64,000 nucleotides of DNA from Escherichia coli (GCF_003018115.1 NZ_CP027457.1), one strand, 5' to 3'. Positions 23,218-38,714 are shown, counted from the stretch's first letter. The notes: a model not told the origin generated them from the letters alone. Program-made: numbers and translations.

Positions 23218-25068
23218 ATGACGGTTAAAATTTCTGGTGTGCTGAAGGACGGGGCCGGTAAGCCGGTACCGGGATGCACGATAGAGCTGAAAGCGCGACG
23301 CACAACGGAGACGGTGATTGTCACCACGGTGGCGTATGGTCAGCCGGGGGAAACCGGCAGTTACAGTATGGATGTTGAGCCGGGTCTGTACCGGGTGACG
23401 CTGAACACGGAAGGGTACGCGCCGTCATATGTGGGTGACATTCTGGTGAAGGCGGAGTCTGCACCGGGAACGCTGAATAAATTTCTGATGGACCAGGAGG
23501 ACGCACAGTATTACCCGAAAGCCCTTGCAGAGCTGGAAGCGGTGGCCGCGGAAATCCTGAAACGTGCGGAAGCGTCAGCGGCGAGTGCAGAGGAAGCGAA
23601 GAAACGGGCAGAGAATGCGCGGGGACCGAAGGGGGATAAGGGAGACACCGGGCCACAGGGTATTCCCGGGCCAAAAGGCGATACCGGCGAGCGGGGGCCA
23701 AAGGGTGAGCGTGGTGAGAGGGGGCCGCAGGGGCTTCAGGGTGTGAAAGGTGAACGGGGAGAGAAGGGCGAAAAAGGCGAGCCGGGAGGACCGGATGCGA
23801 CGACGGCACAGAAGGGAATTGTGCAGTTAAGCAGCGCAACGGACAGTGATGATGAAACGAAGGCAGCCACCCCGAAAGCGGTGAAAGCGGCAATGGACAA
23901 AGCGGACGGATGCCTGGAGAAAGCGAAAAACGGTGACGATATCCCGGATAAGGTGCAGTTTCTGAACACTGTGGGAGCAGCCAGAGTATACGGGTGGGAC
24001 ATTCATACGGGGGCCGGTGAATGGACCACGAGCGAGTTTGTCGCCTGGCTGAAAGCCAAAGGGGCATTTGACCAGCCTTACTGGATGATGAAGGCATCAC
24101 TGCATGCGGGATTCAATAAGGTCATCACGGATGTCGGACCGGGAAAACTTAATCTGGGTGGCTGTGTCATTGAGGTGATGGGGAAGTATGAGGCAGCCAT
24201 AGTCCGGGTCACCATTGGCGAATACGGTGCAACGGGGTTTATTAATGGCACGGTCTGTACCTGTACGGTTTACGGCGACACACAGTATTTCCACTGGCGG
24301 GTGGATTACAGCACAAAAAACAAACCGGATACGGTCAGCCAGCGGGATGCCAGCACGACGCAGAAAGGTGTGGTGCAGTTAAGCAGTGATACTGGCAGTA
24401 ATGACGAAACAAAGGCAGCCACGCCGAAGGCCGTGAAGGCGGCAATGGATGTGGCAAATGAAGCGAAAACAAAGGCAGAAGAGGCTGCAGCAGGAGGTGG
24501 TGTTCCCGGTCCGAAAGGAGATAAAGGGGACACGGGGCCGGCAGGTCCGGCTGGGCCGGGGGGCCCTCAGGGACCAAAGGGGGATACTGGCGCTCCCGGG
24601 GCAAAAGGTGAGAAAGGAGCCACCGGCGCAACCGGGCCACAGGGAGCAAAAGGGGATAAAGGTGATCCCGGCCCTCAGGGACCAAAGGGGGATACTGGCG
24701 CTCCTGGGGCAAAAGGTGAGAAAGGAGCCACCGGCGCAACCGGGCCACAGGGACCAAAAGGGGATAAAGGTGATCCCGGTCCCCGGGGGGCAACAGGCCC
24801 ACAGGGACCAGCTGGCTCACCGGCAGGTGGTTTGCATGCTGTTGGGGCATTTGTCTTTGCTCAGGCCAGTATAAGTAACAGTGAAAAATATGCCGCAGGT
24901 GCCGTGCTTGCGGGAAGTAAACTGAGAGAATGTAGCATTCAACTGGGCTCTCAGAAAGCAGCCACATTAACCGGTAATACACTGCCAGGAACATGGCGGG
25001 TCTGTAGTCCACTTCAGGTCAGTTCAATATATCCTTACTGTGTGGGGCTGTTTCAGCGTATATCGTGA
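23218..25068 (+). CDS. stf: Side tail fibre protein with collagen-like Gly-X-Y domains (Stf-like)
   Basis: N-terminus resembles lambda Stf; two copies of a conserved fibre motif (KG-I/V-VQLSS...[10 protein letters not shown]); two collagen-like G-X-Y blocks. Confidence 0.8.
   Translation: MTVKISGVLKDGAGKPVPGCTIELKARRTTETVIVTTVAYGQPGETGSYSMDVEPGLYRVTLNTEGYAPSYVGDILVKAESAPGTLNKFLMDQEDAQYYPKALAELEAVAAEILKRAEASAASAEEAKKRAENARGPKGDKGDTGPQGIPGPKGDTGERGPKGERGERGPQGLQGVKGERGEKGEKGEPGGPDATTAQKGIVQLSSATDSDDETKAATPKAVKAAMDKADGCLEKAKNGDDIPDKVQFLNTVGAARVYGWDIHTGAGEWTTSEFVAWLKAKGAFDQPYWMMKASLHAGFNKVITDVGPGKLNLGGCVIEVMGKYEAAIVRVTIGEYGATGFINGTVCTCTVYGDTQYFHWRVDYSTKNKPDTVSQRDASTTQKGVVQLSSDTGSNDETKAATPKAVKAAMDVANEAKTKAEEAAAGGGVPGPKGDKGDTGPAGPAGPGGPQGPKGDTGAPGAKGEKGATGATGPQGAKGDKGDPGPQGPKGDTGAPGAKGEKGATGATGPQGPKGDKGDPGPRGATGPQGPAGSPAGGLHAVGAFVFAQASISNSEKYAAGAVLAGSKLRECSIQLGSQKAATLTGNTLPGTWRVCSPLQVSSIYPYCVGLFQRIS
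24568..24783 (+). repeat. Near-perfect tandem duplication (2 x 108 bp, 12 G-X-Y triplets each) inside the tail fibre gene
   Basis: Two adjacent 108-bp units differing at a handful of positions, in frame. Confidence 0.75.
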
Positions 25069-25335
25069 AGAGAACGACGGCAGTCAGGTGGGAACCGCCA
25101 GTGTAGCACGGTAAGGGGCAGGAAACGCTGAGCAGTGCAGATGAGATACAGGCATACAGGGGGGAGAAATAACAGACAAAAAGATGGGGGACCATCACCT
25201 CCCCCATGAACTGCGTTGATTATGTCATTATTGTGAAGGTATTCATTATGCCGGGTAAATAGTGCCACGGAAAAGTTAATTCCGGAAGTGACGGAACTCT
25301 CATTTTTCGTGCATCCTGTTGATATGGATGATTTT

Positions 25336-25665
25336 TCATATTTCCGGAAGTCCGTATTTTGCCCGGGCGCGGTTGCATGCTTCATTCGCGATGCCATTTT
25401 CTCCGGACATTGCAAATTCCCGGCATGTGGACGGACGGTTTTTGTAAACAGAGCAATATGCGTTTTCACCCGGAGTTCCCGCCAGAGCGACACATCGGGG
25501 ATTTTTCTGACTGGTGCCGCGCATACAGCGATGAAAGGGGGATATTTGCTCAGTGAGACTGACCGGAACCTTTCCGCCAGCATCGTCAGCTTCTGCCCAG
25601 TAAAAAGAGACGCGGAAAAATGCACAACAGGCACCACACGTCATGCATGGATTCGGATTGTTCAT
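25336..25665 (-). CDS. YkgJ/UPF0153-like protein with C-x2-C-x2-CC motif (putative metal-binding), prophage cargo
   Basis: 109-aa ORF with CMTCGACC motif and further conserved Cys; opposite strand to phage late genes; hairpin plus T run on minus strand just downstream (about 25185..25205). Confidence 0.55.
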   Translation of the reverse strand: MNNPNPCMTCGACCAFFRVSFYWAEADDAGGKVPVSLTEQISPFHRCMRGTSQKNPRCVALAGTPGENAYCSVYKNRPSTCREFAMSGENGIANEACNRARAKYGLPEI

Positions 25666-25830
25666 TTTTATACTATTTGTTGTTTTTTCAGCGATCAGTT
25701 CAAAGGACGCTGAAAAAAAACATTCTCCAAAATTAAATTATAACTATTTGATTTTATGGATAGAGGCATGCTTTTTACGCAAAAGTAAAAAGCATGCCAA
25801 ATTTGCTATTAACTCTTTGAATATTCAGCA

Positions 25831-26694
25831 CTAATCATCTATTTCGGTTGCCTTCTTATTCAGCAGACGAGAAGCGCGCCAGTAAACCAGCAACATCAGG
25901 CCCATTACGATAGTCAGCGTAATGCTGGTGGCTGCACCAAACGGCCAGTCACGAATATTGAGGAACTGTACCTTGATGACGTTACCGATCAGCAGGTTTT
26001 TCGCACCGCCCATCAGGTCGGACACATAGAACAGGCCCATCGCTGGCAGCATCACCAGCAGACATCCGGCAATAATCCCCGGCATCGTCAGTGGAATAAT
26101 GATGCGGATAAAAGTCTGTAACTTGCTGGCACCGAGATCGCGCGCCGCCTCAAGCAACGGCTTATCCAGTTTTTCGATACTGGAGTACAGCGGCATCACC
26201 ATAAACGGTAGCAGAATGTAAACCAGACCGATAATCACCGCACTGGGCGTGAACATGATACGGATTGGTGTGTCGATAACGCCCAGCCAGAGCAAAAACT
26301 CGTTGAGATAGCCTTTGGTGCTGAGGAAAATTTTCAGCCCGTAGATGCGAATCAGTGAGTTGGTCCAGAAGGGAACAATCAGCAGAAACAGCAGCAGCGG
26401 ACGCACCTTGTGTGGCAGCTTCGCCAGAAACCAGGCAAACGGGTAGCCCAGCACCAGGCAGGCGAGAGTGGCGATCAGCGCCATATTCAGCGAGTGCAAT
26501 AGCACTTCAAAATAGAGCGGATCGAGCAGACGCGTGTAGTTATCCAGCGTAAAGACCATTTTGACGAAACTGGCGTCGTCGCGGGTCAAAAAGCTGGTGC
26601 CAATGATCATCAGGTTGGGCAGAAAGACAAACAACACAAGCCAACCGACAATAGTGACAATCACTACATTCTGGAACTTACTTGTGTTCTTCAT
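25831..26694 (-). CDS. potB: Spermidine/putrescine ABC transporter permease PotB
   Basis: 287-aa product matches E. coli PotB except the last few residues (ends KKATEIDD here). Confidence 0.93.
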
Positions 26695-27814
26695 CAGCCA
26701 GTACGACCTCCCAGCTTTCTACCCAATTAATGGCCATTTTTTGGTCGAGAGAGTGGTCAAAGTCAGGATCGTCTTCATTAAAGAATTCGCTGACCATCAC
26801 CATCTTGCCATTTTCCAGTTCAACAACCGACTCCAGCGTCATGCCTTTGTAGTTACGCTCGCGAACGTAACCAATCAGCCCTTCAGCGTGGTTGTCGTCG
26901 TTAATCTCTTCAACACGTAAGTCTTCCGGGCGCAGCAGAACATGCAGTTTTTGCCCCGGTTCAACGGCGAAGTTAACGTAGATATTACATTCGCGGCCTT
27001 CAACGTTGGCGCGTACGCGCTGCTCGTCGAGACGTTCGATGACAGTGGCGTTAAACATATTGATTTCGCCAATGAACCCGGCAACAAACAGGTTTTTCGG
27101 CTCTTCGTAGATTTCACGCGGCGTGCCGTCTTGCTCAATGCGACCATCGCGCATCACCACAATCCTGTCTGACATGGTGAGTGCTTCTTCCTGATCGTGA
27201 GTCACGAAGACGAATGTAATGCCAAGCTTACGCTGTAACGCTTTCAGCTCGTTCTGCATTTGCTTACGCAGTTTGTAATCCAGCGCTGAGAGCGACTCAT
27301 CCAGCAACAACAGACGAGGCTTGTTAACCACCGCGCGAGCAATGGCGACGCGTTGCTGTTGACCACCAGAGAGCTGATGCGGTTTGCGTTGAGCGAAGGT
27401 TTCCAGCTGCACCATCCGCAGGGCTTCCATCACGCGGGGCGTAATTTCAGCAGCGGGGGTTTTTTGCATGCGCAACCCAAAGGCCACATTTTCGAACACG
27501 GTCATGTGGGGGAAAAGTGCGTAGCTTTGGAAAACAGTGTTCACATAGCGGTTTTCCGCCGGAACGTGGGTGATGTCCTCGTTATCCAACATGATGCGTC
27601 CGGAATCAACAGTTTCCAGACCTGCAATCAGGCGAAGAACGGTTGTTTTACCGCAGCCAGAAGGGCCAAGCAGCGTGAGGAACTCGCCATTGTTGATAGT
27701 CAGATCCAGCTGGGGAATGACCTCTTTACCATCAAAGCATTTGCGAATTCCCGCCAATTGCACCAGCGGTGAAAGCGAACTCGGTTGTTTATTCAATTTT
27801 TTACTCTGTCCCAT
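26678..27814 (-). CDS. potA: Spermidine/putrescine ABC transporter ATPase PotA
   Basis: 378-aa product matches E. coli PotA; Walker A and ABC signature present. Confidence 0.97.
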
Positions 27815-28063
27815 GTAAACGCAACGGATGGCTTACCGATGCGGGGTTTGTGGTTAACCACCTTGGTGACTCTTAATGAGGGCGGTAATTCTACGGCAAA
27901 CCGCTTGAATCGCCAATCTTTGTTGTGAATTACTGGCTTAGCTTTATATTCATTAAGGTAATGCTGATAAATATTCCCGCTTGCAGGGGTAAAAGTGACC
28001 TGACGCAATATTTGTCTTTTCTTGCTTCTTAATAATGTTGTCACAAAAAGTGAGGGTGACTAC

Positions 28064-29293
28064 ATGGATAAACTACTTGAGCGATTTTTGAACTACGTGT
28101 CTCTGGATACCCAATCAAAAGCAGGGGTGAGACAGGTTCCCAGCACGGAAGGCCAATGGAAGTTATTGCATCTGCTGAAAGAGCAGCTCGAAGAGATGGG
28201 GCTTATCAATGTGACCTTAAGTGAGAAGGGCACTTTGATGGCGACGTTACCGGCTAACGTCCCTGGCGATATCCCGGCGATTGGCTTTATTTCTCATGTG
28301 GATACCTCACCGGATTGCAGCGGCAAAAATGTGAATCCGCAAATTGTTGAAAACTATCGCGGTGGCGATATTGCGCTGGGTATCGGCGATGAAGTTTTAT
28401 CACCGGTTATGTTCCCGGTGCTGCATCAGCTACTGGGTCAGACGCTGATTACCACCGATGGTAAAACCTTGTTAGGTGCCGATGACAAAGCAGGTATTGC
28501 AGAAATCATGACCGCGCTGGCGGTATTGCAACAGAAAAACATTCCGCATGGTGATATTCGCGTCGCCTTTACCCCGGATGAAGAAGTGGGCAAAGGGGCG
28601 AAACATTTTGATGTTGATGCCTTCGATGCCCGCTGGGCTTACACTGTTGATGGTGGTGGCGTAGGCGAACTGGAGTTTGAAAACTTCAACGCCGCATCGG
28701 TCAATATCAAAATTGTCGGTAACAATGTTCATCCGGGCACGGCGAAAGGAGTGATGGTAAATGCGCTGTCGCTGGCGGCACGTATTCATGCGGAAGTTCC
28801 GGCGGATGAAAGCCCGGAAATGACAGAAGGCTATGAAGGTTTCTATCACCTGGCGAGCATGAAAGGCACCGTTGAACGGGCCGATATGCACTACATCATC
28901 CGTGATTTCGACCGTAAACAGTTTGAAGCGCGTAAACGTAAAATGATGGAGATCGCCAAAAAAGTGGGCAAAGGGTTACATCCTGATTGCTACATTGAAT
29001 TGGCGATTGAAGACAGTTACTACAATATGCGCGAGAAAGTGGTTGAGCATCCGCATATTCTCGATATCGCCCAGCAGGCGATGCGTGACTGCGATATTGA
29101 ACCGGAACTGAAACCGATCCGCGGTGGTACCGACGGCGCGCAGTTGTCGTTTATGGGATTACCGTGCCCGAACCTGTTCACTGGCGGTTACAACTATCAT
29201 GGTAAGCATGAGTTTGTGACTCTGGAAGGTATGGAAAAAGCGGTGCAGGTGATCGTCCGTATTGCCGAGTTAACGGCGCAACGGAAGTCGTAA
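28064..29293 (+). CDS. pepT: Peptidase T (tripeptidase)
   Basis: Internal Met (MDKLLERF...) of track ORF 28022..29293; 408 aa as for E. coli PepT. Confidence 0.95.
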   Translation: MDKLLERFLNYVSLDTQSKAGVRQVPSTEGQWKLLHLLKEQLEEMGLINVTLSEKGTLMATLPANVPGDIPAIGFISHVDTSPDCSGKNVNPQIVENYRGGDIALGIGDEVLSPVMFPVLHQLLGQTLITTDGKTLLGADDKAGIAEIMTALAVLQQKNIPHGDIRVAFTPDEEVGKGAKHFDVDAFDARWAYTVDGGGVGELEFENFNAASVNIKIVGNNVHPGTAKGVMVNALSLAARIHAEVPADESPEMTEGYEGFYHLASMKGTVERADMHYIIRDFDRKQFEARKRKMMEIAKKVGKGLHPDCYIELAIEDSYYNMREKVVEHPHILDIAQQAMRDCDIEPELKPIRGGTDGAQLSFMGLPCPNLFTGGYNYHGKHEFVTLEGMEKAVQVIVRIAELTAQRKS

Positions 29294-29438
29294 TTGCCCG
29301 ATGCGTATGTGGACTGCCAATTACCGGGATGAAACCGTTATATTGACACTGGTCCACATACTTATCGTGCCTACAGGCGTTCAGTGCATGTAGGCACGAT
29401 AAGGCGCAATCAGCGCCACATCCGGCTTAAATCCAAAC

Positions 29439-30560
29439 TTACCCTTCGAAGAACCAATACCCGCTATTGACCAGCGCCGCGAGCATCGCGAGGAATGACG
29501 GATCTTCCAGCGCATCGCCAAAATTCTCCGCAGTCAGCGCAATGTTGCTGGCGAGTGCATCCAGTGCCGGACGGTGCGGGGAATCGATCTTCTCACCATT
29601 GGCATACACGTCGTCGCCAATGCGCAATACGCGCAGACCACCCAGGCGCACCAGCACATCACCTTGTTTCAGCGCATCGTAGATTTCATCCGGCTGATAA
29701 GGCGGCTCTGGCGGCGCGATATCCAGTTCATGACGTGACTGAGATATAAACTCCCCAAACCATTGCTTAAAGTGTTCCGGCTGGTTAATCAATTCGAGCA
29801 TCATCTCACGCAGTTTATCCATCTCTTGCGGCAGAACATCCGCAGGATGAGCGCGAGGTGGAACATCAGGATCGCTGTAGTAGTTGCCGCCCAGTTCACG
29901 TTGCAGCACATAATCGGCAAATCCACTAATCAATTCCCGCGTATTTGGCGCGCGAAAACCCACGGAATAGTTCATCGCATTTTCCAGAGCGTAGCCTTCA
30001 TGCGGGAATCCTGGCGGAATATAAAGAATATCACCAGGCTCCAGCTCTTCATCGATGATGGCTTCGAACGGCTCGACCTGTAACAGATCTGGATGTGGGC
30101 AGTGCTGTTTCATTTGCAGTTTTTCGCCCACTCGCCAGCGACGACGTCCGGTACCCTGAATGATAAACACGTCGTACTGATCGAGATGCGGGCCGACGCC
30201 GCCGCCAGGTACAGAAAAAGAGATCATCAGATCATCAATACGCCAGTCCGGTAGTTCACGGAACGGTCGCATCAGCGCGGCGGTCGGCTCATGCCAGTGG
30301 TTCACTGCTTGCACTAACAATGACCAGTTAGTTTCACCGAGATGATCGTAGCTTTCGAACGGACCGTGGCTGACCTGCCATTTGCCATCCTGGTGACTGA
30401 CCAGTCGACTGTCGACTTCGCTTTCCATCGCCAGACCCGCCAACTCGTCTGGAGAGATCGGGTCAATAAAATTATTAAAGCCGCGTTTTAACACCACCGG
30501 GCGTTTCTGCCAGTGACGTTCAAGAAAATCGGGCCAGTTAAGAGTGAGTTGGTATTCCAT
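29439..30560 (-). CDS. ycfD: Ribosomal protein L16 arginine hydroxylase (cupin/JmjC-like) YcfD/RoxA
   Basis: Product matches E. coli YcfD from internal Met MEYQLTLNW. Confidence 0.9.
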   Translation of the reverse strand: MEYQLTLNWPDFLERHWQKRPVVLKRGFNNFIDPISPDELAGLAMESEVDSRLVSHQDGKWQVSHGPFESYDHLGETNWSLLVQAVNHWHEPTAALMRPFRELPDWRIDDLMISFSVPGGGVGPHLDQYDVFIIQGTGRRRWRVGEKLQMKQHCPHPDLLQVEPFEAIIDEELEPGDILYIPPGFPHEGYALENAMNYSVGFRAPNTRELISGFADYVLQRELGGNYYSDPDVPPRAHPADVLPQEMDKLREMMLELINQPEHFKQWFGEFISQSRHELDIAPPEPPYQPDEIYDALKQGDVLVRLGGLRVLRIGDDVYANGEKIDSPHRPALDALASNIALTAENFGDALEDPSFLAMLAALVNSGYWFFEG

Positions 30561-30635
30561 GTTAAGCATCCACAGGCTGGTATCTGCAACCGATTATAAC
30601 GGATGCTTAACGTAATGCGTGAAGTATGGACATAT

Positions 30636-32096
30636 TTATTCATCTTTCGGCGTAGAATGCTGGCGACCAAAAATCACCTCCATCCGCGCACCGCCAAGCA
30701 TGCTCTCTCCGGCGACGATTTTACCCTCATATTGCTCGGTGATTTCGCGGGCTACCGCCAGCCCCACACCTTGCCCAGGGCGTAAAGTATCAACCCGTTG
30801 ACCACGGTCGAAAATGACCTCTCGCTTGCTTAATGGAATACCGGGTCCATCATCCTCGACCACAATATAGAGATGCTCGTCGGTTTGCCTTGCAGAAATT
30901 TCGACAAACTCGAGGCAATATTTACAGGCATTATCCAGCACATTGCCCATCACCTCGACAAAATCGTTCTGCTCACCGACAAAGCTGATCTCTGGCGAAA
31001 TATCGAGAGAGATATTGACCCCTTTGCGTTGATACACTTTGTTCAGCGCCGAGGTGAGATTGTCCAGCAGTGGGGCGACCGGATGCAGCTCGCGGCTGAG
31101 CAATGTCCCGCCGCGCATACTGGCACGATGCAGGTAGTAGCCAATTTGCTGTGAAATGCGGCTGATTTGCTCCAGCATTACCGGTTCAGCATCACTGACG
31201 CTCATCTTTTCACTACGCAGAGAACGCAGCGTACTTTGCAGCACCGCCAGTGGCGTTTTCAGACTATGGGTCAGGTCGGTGAGCGTTGTACGATATTTGT
31301 CGTAACGTTCGCGTTCACTTTTTAACAATCGGTTCAGGTTTCGTACCAGACTGGTCAGTTCTCGCGTTGTGGCTGGATTGAGCAATTCGCGGTTATGTTC
31401 TTCCAGTTCGCGGACTTCTTTTGCCAGGGCTTCGATGGGGCGTAAACTCCACCAGGCGGCGACCCACAGCAGCGGGATCACTAACAGCAGATTGGCTGAG
31501 AGCACATAGATAAACCAGCTCCAGACCATATAGGAACTTTTTAGCTCCACCGGAATGGTATCCACCACCACAATGGTTAACTTTGGCATCCGCGATGTTG
31601 CCGGGTAGACGTTTACCGCCACCGAGTGGGTCATCTCCGCGTCGTCATCATCTTCCCGCACTTCCTGCAACTGTTGCTGTATCGAATGATCTCCACTCAG
31701 CAAGAGGCTGGTATCGTTAACATCCGCTTCAATTTCATGAAAACCATTCGATTTCAGCCAGTCAGGCTGGATCATCTTCATCAGCCAGGGCACGTCACGT
31801 TGCGCCCATAAAAGCTGCCCGTTCTCATCATAAATTAGCGTCATGGTGGGGCTTTGCTTGTCGATATTTTCGGGTAACTCGACATGCAACTTATTGTTTT
31901 CCCACTTCGCAAGGGTATAGAACAGATTGCTCTCGCCACGTAACAGCCGAAACGTAGTTTTATCGAAACTGACGCTATAACCGATCAGCGCGACCATTCC
32001 GTAGGCAAGCGAAAGCACCAGTACTACCGCTGCCGTTGCTAACAGAAAACGTACCCGCAGCGAGAGCGGGAAAAAAAGACGCAGTAATTTTTTCAT
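30636..32096 (-). CDS. phoQ: Sensor histidine kinase PhoQ
   Basis: 486-aa product matches E. coli PhoQ. Confidence 0.97.
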   Translation of the reverse strand: MKKLLRLFFPLSLRVRFLLATAAVVLVLSLAYGMVALIGYSVSFDKTTFRLLRGESNLFYTLAKWENNKLHVELPENIDKQSPTMTLIYDENGQLLWAQRDVPWLMKMIQPDWLKSNGFHEIEADVNDTSLLLSGDHSIQQQLQEVREDDDDAEMTHSVAVNVYPATSRMPKLTIVVVDTIPVELKSSYMVWSWFIYVLSANLLLVIPLLWVAAWWSLRPIEALAKEVRELEEHNRELLNPATTRELTSLVRNLNRLLKSERERYDKYRTTLTDLTHSLKTPLAVLQSTLRSLRSEKMSVSDAEPVMLEQISRISQQIGYYLHRASMRGGTLLSRELHPVAPLLDNLTSALNKVYQRKGVNISLDISPEISFVGEQNDFVEVMGNVLDNACKYCLEFVEISARQTDEHLYIVVEDDGPGIPLSKREVIFDRGQRVDTLRPGQGVGLAVAREITEQYEGKIVAGESMLGGARMEVIFGRQHSTPKDE

Positions 32097-32767
32097 CAGC
32101 GCAATTCGAACAAATAGCCCTGGCCGCGAACGGTAGTAATCACTTCTTGCGGATATTGTGCCTGAATTTTTTTGCGCAGACGTCCCATCAGTACATCAAT
32201 GGTATGGCTTTCCCGCAGCTCCGCATCCGGATAGAGTTGTAGCATTAACGAATCTTTGCTGACCACTTTGCCATTATTACGTATCAACGTTTCCATAATG
32301 GTGTATTCGAACGCGGTCAGTTTGATCACTTCGTCATTAATAGATAATTCACGGCGAGAGAGATCAACCTGAAACGGGGGGAGCGAAATGACCTGTGAAG
32401 CCAGGCCGCTATTACGCCGCATTAATGCCTGCATTCGCGCCATCACCTCTTCAATATGAAATGGTTTAGTCACGTAATCATCAGCACCAGCACTTAATAC
32501 TTCGACTTTGTCCTGCCAGCTTTCACGGGCGGTTAATACCAGAATCGGCAGTGAAACATCATTGCTACGCCAGCGGCGAATCAGTGACAGACCGTCCTCG
32601 TCTGGCAATCCGAGATCGACAATCGCAATATCCGGTAAATGTTCATTGAGATAATAATCGGCTTCTTTGGCATCTTCTGCATCATCGACCTGATGACCAG
32701 CATCCTGAATCTGAACTTTAAGGTGGTGACGTAACAACGCATTGTCTTCAACAACCAGTACGCGCAT
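32096..32767 (-). CDS. phoP: Response regulator PhoP
   Basis: 223-aa product matches E. coli PhoP. Confidence 0.97.
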   Translation of the reverse strand: MRVLVVEDNALLRHHLKVQIQDAGHQVDDAEDAKEADYYLNEHLPDIAIVDLGLPDEDGLSLIRRWRSNDVSLPILVLTARESWQDKVEVLSAGADDYVTKPFHIEEVMARMQALMRRNSGLASQVISLPPFQVDLSRRELSINDEVIKLTAFEYTIMETLIRNNGKVVSKDSLMLQLYPDAELRESHTIDVLMGRLRKKIQAQYPQEVITTVRGQGYLFELR

Positions 32768-32827
32768 TTTTATTTCTCCCTGTCTTAATTATTAAAATAG
32801 TGTAACGCGATTATGTGGTTATGGGGG

Positions 32828-32844
32828 TAAACATTAAATAAACC
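32828..32844 (-). promoter_or_regulatory. PhoP box direct repeat (GGTTTA-N5-TGTTTA) upstream of phoP
   Basis: Minus-strand reading GGTTTATTTAATGTTTA about 60 to 80 bp upstream of phoP start; fits the known PhoP-box consensus. Confidence 0.6.
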
Positions 32845-32899
32845 AGCGGGGAGGGGAGGTAAAGTGAAAAAATAAAAAGCGGATAATCTTAATAAGCAG

Positions 32900-32922
32900 G
32901 CCGGACAGCATCGCCATCCGGC
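32900..32922 (-). terminator. REP-like hairpin immediately downstream of purB
   Basis: gccgga..tccggc palindrome; could be a REP element or the purB terminator. Confidence 0.35.
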
Positions 32923-32934
32923 ACTGATACGAGT

Positions 32935-34308
<1,374 letters not shown>

Positions 34309-34950
34309 TCACAACTCCGGGGTTAAATGAGCAAGAATTTGTTTTGCCTGAGTGGTCAGGCGATTACGAGAAAACATCAGTTGCAGACGTCCGCCGCCGA
34401 CCTGGTGCCAGAGCACGGCGGCGCGAATGCCTGCCAGCAGGGTTGCGCGAACTTTCGCCTGCACTTGTGGGCTTTGCAGTACAGCAGGGGAACCGGTGAC
34501 CTGAATGCGCGGGCCAAGCGGGCTGATCACATCAACATAGATAGCAGCCATCGCGCTCATCAGCGTTTCGGACTGTAAATCGAAGTGTTCGAGCTGGCGT
34601 TGCAGGCCGTTGATCCGGTTGCCCAGAGTGTCGAGCGCGCCTTTCGCTGAGGAGAGTTTGCGCTCAAGCACCATCAAGCTGAGTGTGTAGCGGGTTAACT
34701 CAGCGTTTAAGCCCTGGCGACTGCTGGCATTGAGCACGCCGAGCAGGGTTTCCAGCCCGACGCGCAGGTTGGCTTCGCTACCGCCAAAAACCGCCAGCGT
34801 CGAGCTGGGGTTCATATCAATAATACTGTTGAGTGAGACGTGTAGCGCATCGGCATCACAATGCCCCTGGTGAGCGAGTTGTTGCACCAGGCGTGCCGAC
34901 TGACAAATACCGGCCAGGGCGAGGGTGATGTCATAGTAATTCTTTGCCAC
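34309..34950 (-). CDS. hflD: High-frequency lysogenization protein HflD (GTG start)
   Basis: Product matches E. coli HflD from V/M-AKNYYD. Confidence 0.88.
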   Translation of the reverse strand: MAKNYYDITLALAGICQSARLVQQLAHQGHCDADALHVSLNSIIDMNPSSTLAVFGGSEANLRVGLETLLGVLNASSRQGLNAELTRYTLSLMVLERKLSSAKGALDTLGNRINGLQRQLEHFDLQSETLMSAMAAIYVDVISPLGPRIQVTGSPAVLQSPQVQAKVRATLLAGIRAAVLWHQVGGGRLQLMFSRNRLTTQAKQILAHLTPEL

Positions 34951-34985
34951 GTTCACTGCTTCCTTGTTGTAATTAAAGACAATAA

Positions 34986-36607
<1,622 letters not shown>

Positions 36608-36616
36608 TTTGCATCC

Positions 36617-37270
36617 TTAATCTGTCACTTCTCGCCATTCGCCATTAGCAAGATTATCCAAAGAGTAATCACCCATCGCATAGCGAATCAGTCGCAGCGT
36701 GGGGAAACCAACATGGGCGGTCATGCGGCGCACCTGGCGATTACGTCCTTCATATAAGGTGATCTTCAGCCAGCTGGTGGGAATACTTTTGCGTTCACGA
36801 ATTGGTGGATTCCGCGGCCATAACCACGCAGGTTCGTCAACCAGCTCCGCGCCGGCGGGCAGGGTAGGGCCATCATTTAAGGTTACGCCATTGCGCAAGG
36901 CTTCAAGTGCGTCTTGTGTGGGAATACCTTCCACCTGCACATAATAGATTTTCCCGGTGCGTTTGCCCGGCTGGGTTAAACGCGCCTGCAACGCGCCGTT
37001 ATTGGTCAGCACCAGTAACCCTTCGCTATCGCGGTCAAGACGACCTGCTGCATAAACGCCCTGAACCGGGATGAATTCTTTTAATGTTTTGCGTCCGGCT
37101 TCATCGGTGAACTGCGGAAGAACATCGTAGGGTTTATTGAACAGGATCACACGCGTGGGCTGGTTTTCAGGTTTACGCCTGGTAGAACGTTGCGAGCTGA
37201 ATCGCTTAACCTGGTGATTTCTAAAAGAAGTTTTTTGCATGGTATTTTCAGAGATTATGAATTGCCGCAT
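36617..37270 (-). CDS. rluE: 23S rRNA pseudouridine synthase RluE
   Basis: 217-aa product matches E. coli RluE. Confidence 0.9.
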
Positions 37271-37441
37271 TATAGCCTAATAACGCGCATCTTTCATGAC
37301 GGCAAACAATAGGGTAGTATTGACAAGCCAATTACAAATCATTAACAAAAAATTGCTCTAAAGCATCCGTATCGCAGGACGCAAACGCATATGCAACGTG
37401 GTGGCAGACGAGCAAACCAGTAGCGCTCGAAGGAGAGGTGA

Positions 37442-38692
37442 ATGGAAAGTAAAGTAGTTGTTCCGGCACAAGGCAAGAAGATCACCCTGCAAAACGGCAA
37501 ACTCAACGTTCCTGAAAATCCGATTATCCCTTACATTGAAGGTGATGGAATCGGTGTAGATGTAACCCCAGCCATGCTGAAAGTGGTCGACGCTGCAGTC
37601 GAGAAAGCCTATAAAGGCGAGCGTAAAATCTCCTGGATGGAAATTTACACCGGTGAAAAATCCACACAGGTTTATGGTCAGGACGTCTGGCTGCCTGCTG
37701 AAACTCTTGATCTGATTCGTGAATATCGCGTTGCCATTAAAGGTCCGCTGACCACTCCTGTTGGTGGCGGTATTCGCTCTCTGAACGTTGCCCTGCGCCA
37801 GGAACTGGATCTCTACATCTGCCTGCGTCCGGTACGTTACTATCAGGGCACTCCAAGCCCGGTTAAACACCCTGAACTGACCGATATGGTTATCTTCCGT
37901 GAAAACTCGGAAGACATTTATGCAGGTATCGAATGGAAAGCTGACTCTGCCGACGCTGAGAAAGTGATTAAATTCCTGCGTGAAGAGATGGGCGTGAAGA
38001 AAATTCGCTTCCCGGAACATTGCGGTATCGGTATTAAGCCGTGTTCTGAAGAAGGCACCAAACGTCTGGTTCGTGCAGCGATCGAATACGCAATTGCCAA
38101 CGATCGTGACTCTGTGACCCTGGTGCACAAAGGCAACATCATGAAGTTCACCGAAGGCGCGTTTAAAGACTGGGGCTACCAGCTGGCGCGTGAAGAATTT
38201 GGCGGTGAACTGATCGACGGCGGCCCGTGGCTGAAAGTTAAAAACCCGAATACCGGCAAAGAGATCGTCATTAAAGACGTGATTGCTGATGCATTCCTGC
38301 AACAGATCCTGCTGCGTCCGGCTGAATATGATGTTATCGCCTGTATGAACCTGAACGGTGACTACATTTCTGACGCTCTGGCAGCGCAGGTTGGCGGTAT
38401 CGGTATCGCCCCTGGAGCAAACATCGGTGACGAATGCGCCCTGTTTGAAGCCACCCACGGTACTGCGCCGAAATATGCCGGTCAGGACAAAGTAAACCCA
38501 GGCTCTATTATTCTCTCTGCAGAGATGATGCTGCGCCACATGGGTTGGACTGAAGCCGCAGACCTGATTGTTAAAGGTATGGAAGGCGCGATCAACGCGA
38601 AGACTGTAACCTATGACTTCGAACGTCTGATGGAAGGCGCTAAACTGCTGAAATGTTCAGAGTTTGGTGAAGCGATCATCGAAAACATGTAA
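37442..38692 (+). CDS. icd: Isocitrate dehydrogenase (NADP)
   Basis: 416-aa product matches E. coli Icd. Confidence 0.97.
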   Translation: MESKVVVPAQGKKITLQNGKLNVPENPIIPYIEGDGIGVDVTPAMLKVVDAAVEKAYKGERKISWMEIYTGEKSTQVYGQDVWLPAETLDLIREYRVAIKGPLTTPVGGGIRSLNVALRQELDLYICLRPVRYYQGTPSPVKHPELTDMVIFRENSEDIYAGIEWKADSADAEKVIKFLREEMGVKKIRFPEHCGIGIKPCSEEGTKRLVRAAIEYAIANDRDSVTLVHKGNIMKFTEGAFKDWGYQLAREEFGGELIDGGPWLKVKNPNTGKEIVIKDVIADAFLQQILLRPAEYDVIACMNLNGDYISDALAAQVGGIGIAPGANIGDECALFEATHGTAPKYAGQDKVNPGSIILSAEMMLRHMGWTEAADLIVKGMEGAINAKTVTYDFERLMEGAKLLKCSEFGEAIIENM

Positions 38693-38714
38693 TCTCTCCA
38701 TGAGTTAAATATTG

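Noticed and set aside
23321-24100. 259-aa proline-rich minus-strand ORF (and other long antisense ORFs at 24335..25012, 23736..24002)
   Set aside because: They are reverse-frame artefacts of the G-X-Y collagen-like repeats in the tail fibre gene; no start context and extreme composition.
24505-24810. Short-period repetitive DNA considered as a possible CRISPR array or simple repeat
   Set aside because: The period is 9 bp (G-X-Y codons) with a 108-bp tandem duplication, all inside a long in-frame ORF; no spacer structure and no cas genes.
30873-31154. Plus-strand ORFs antisense to phoQ and purB (also 33166..33774)
   Set aside because: Embedded antisense within well-supported host genes.
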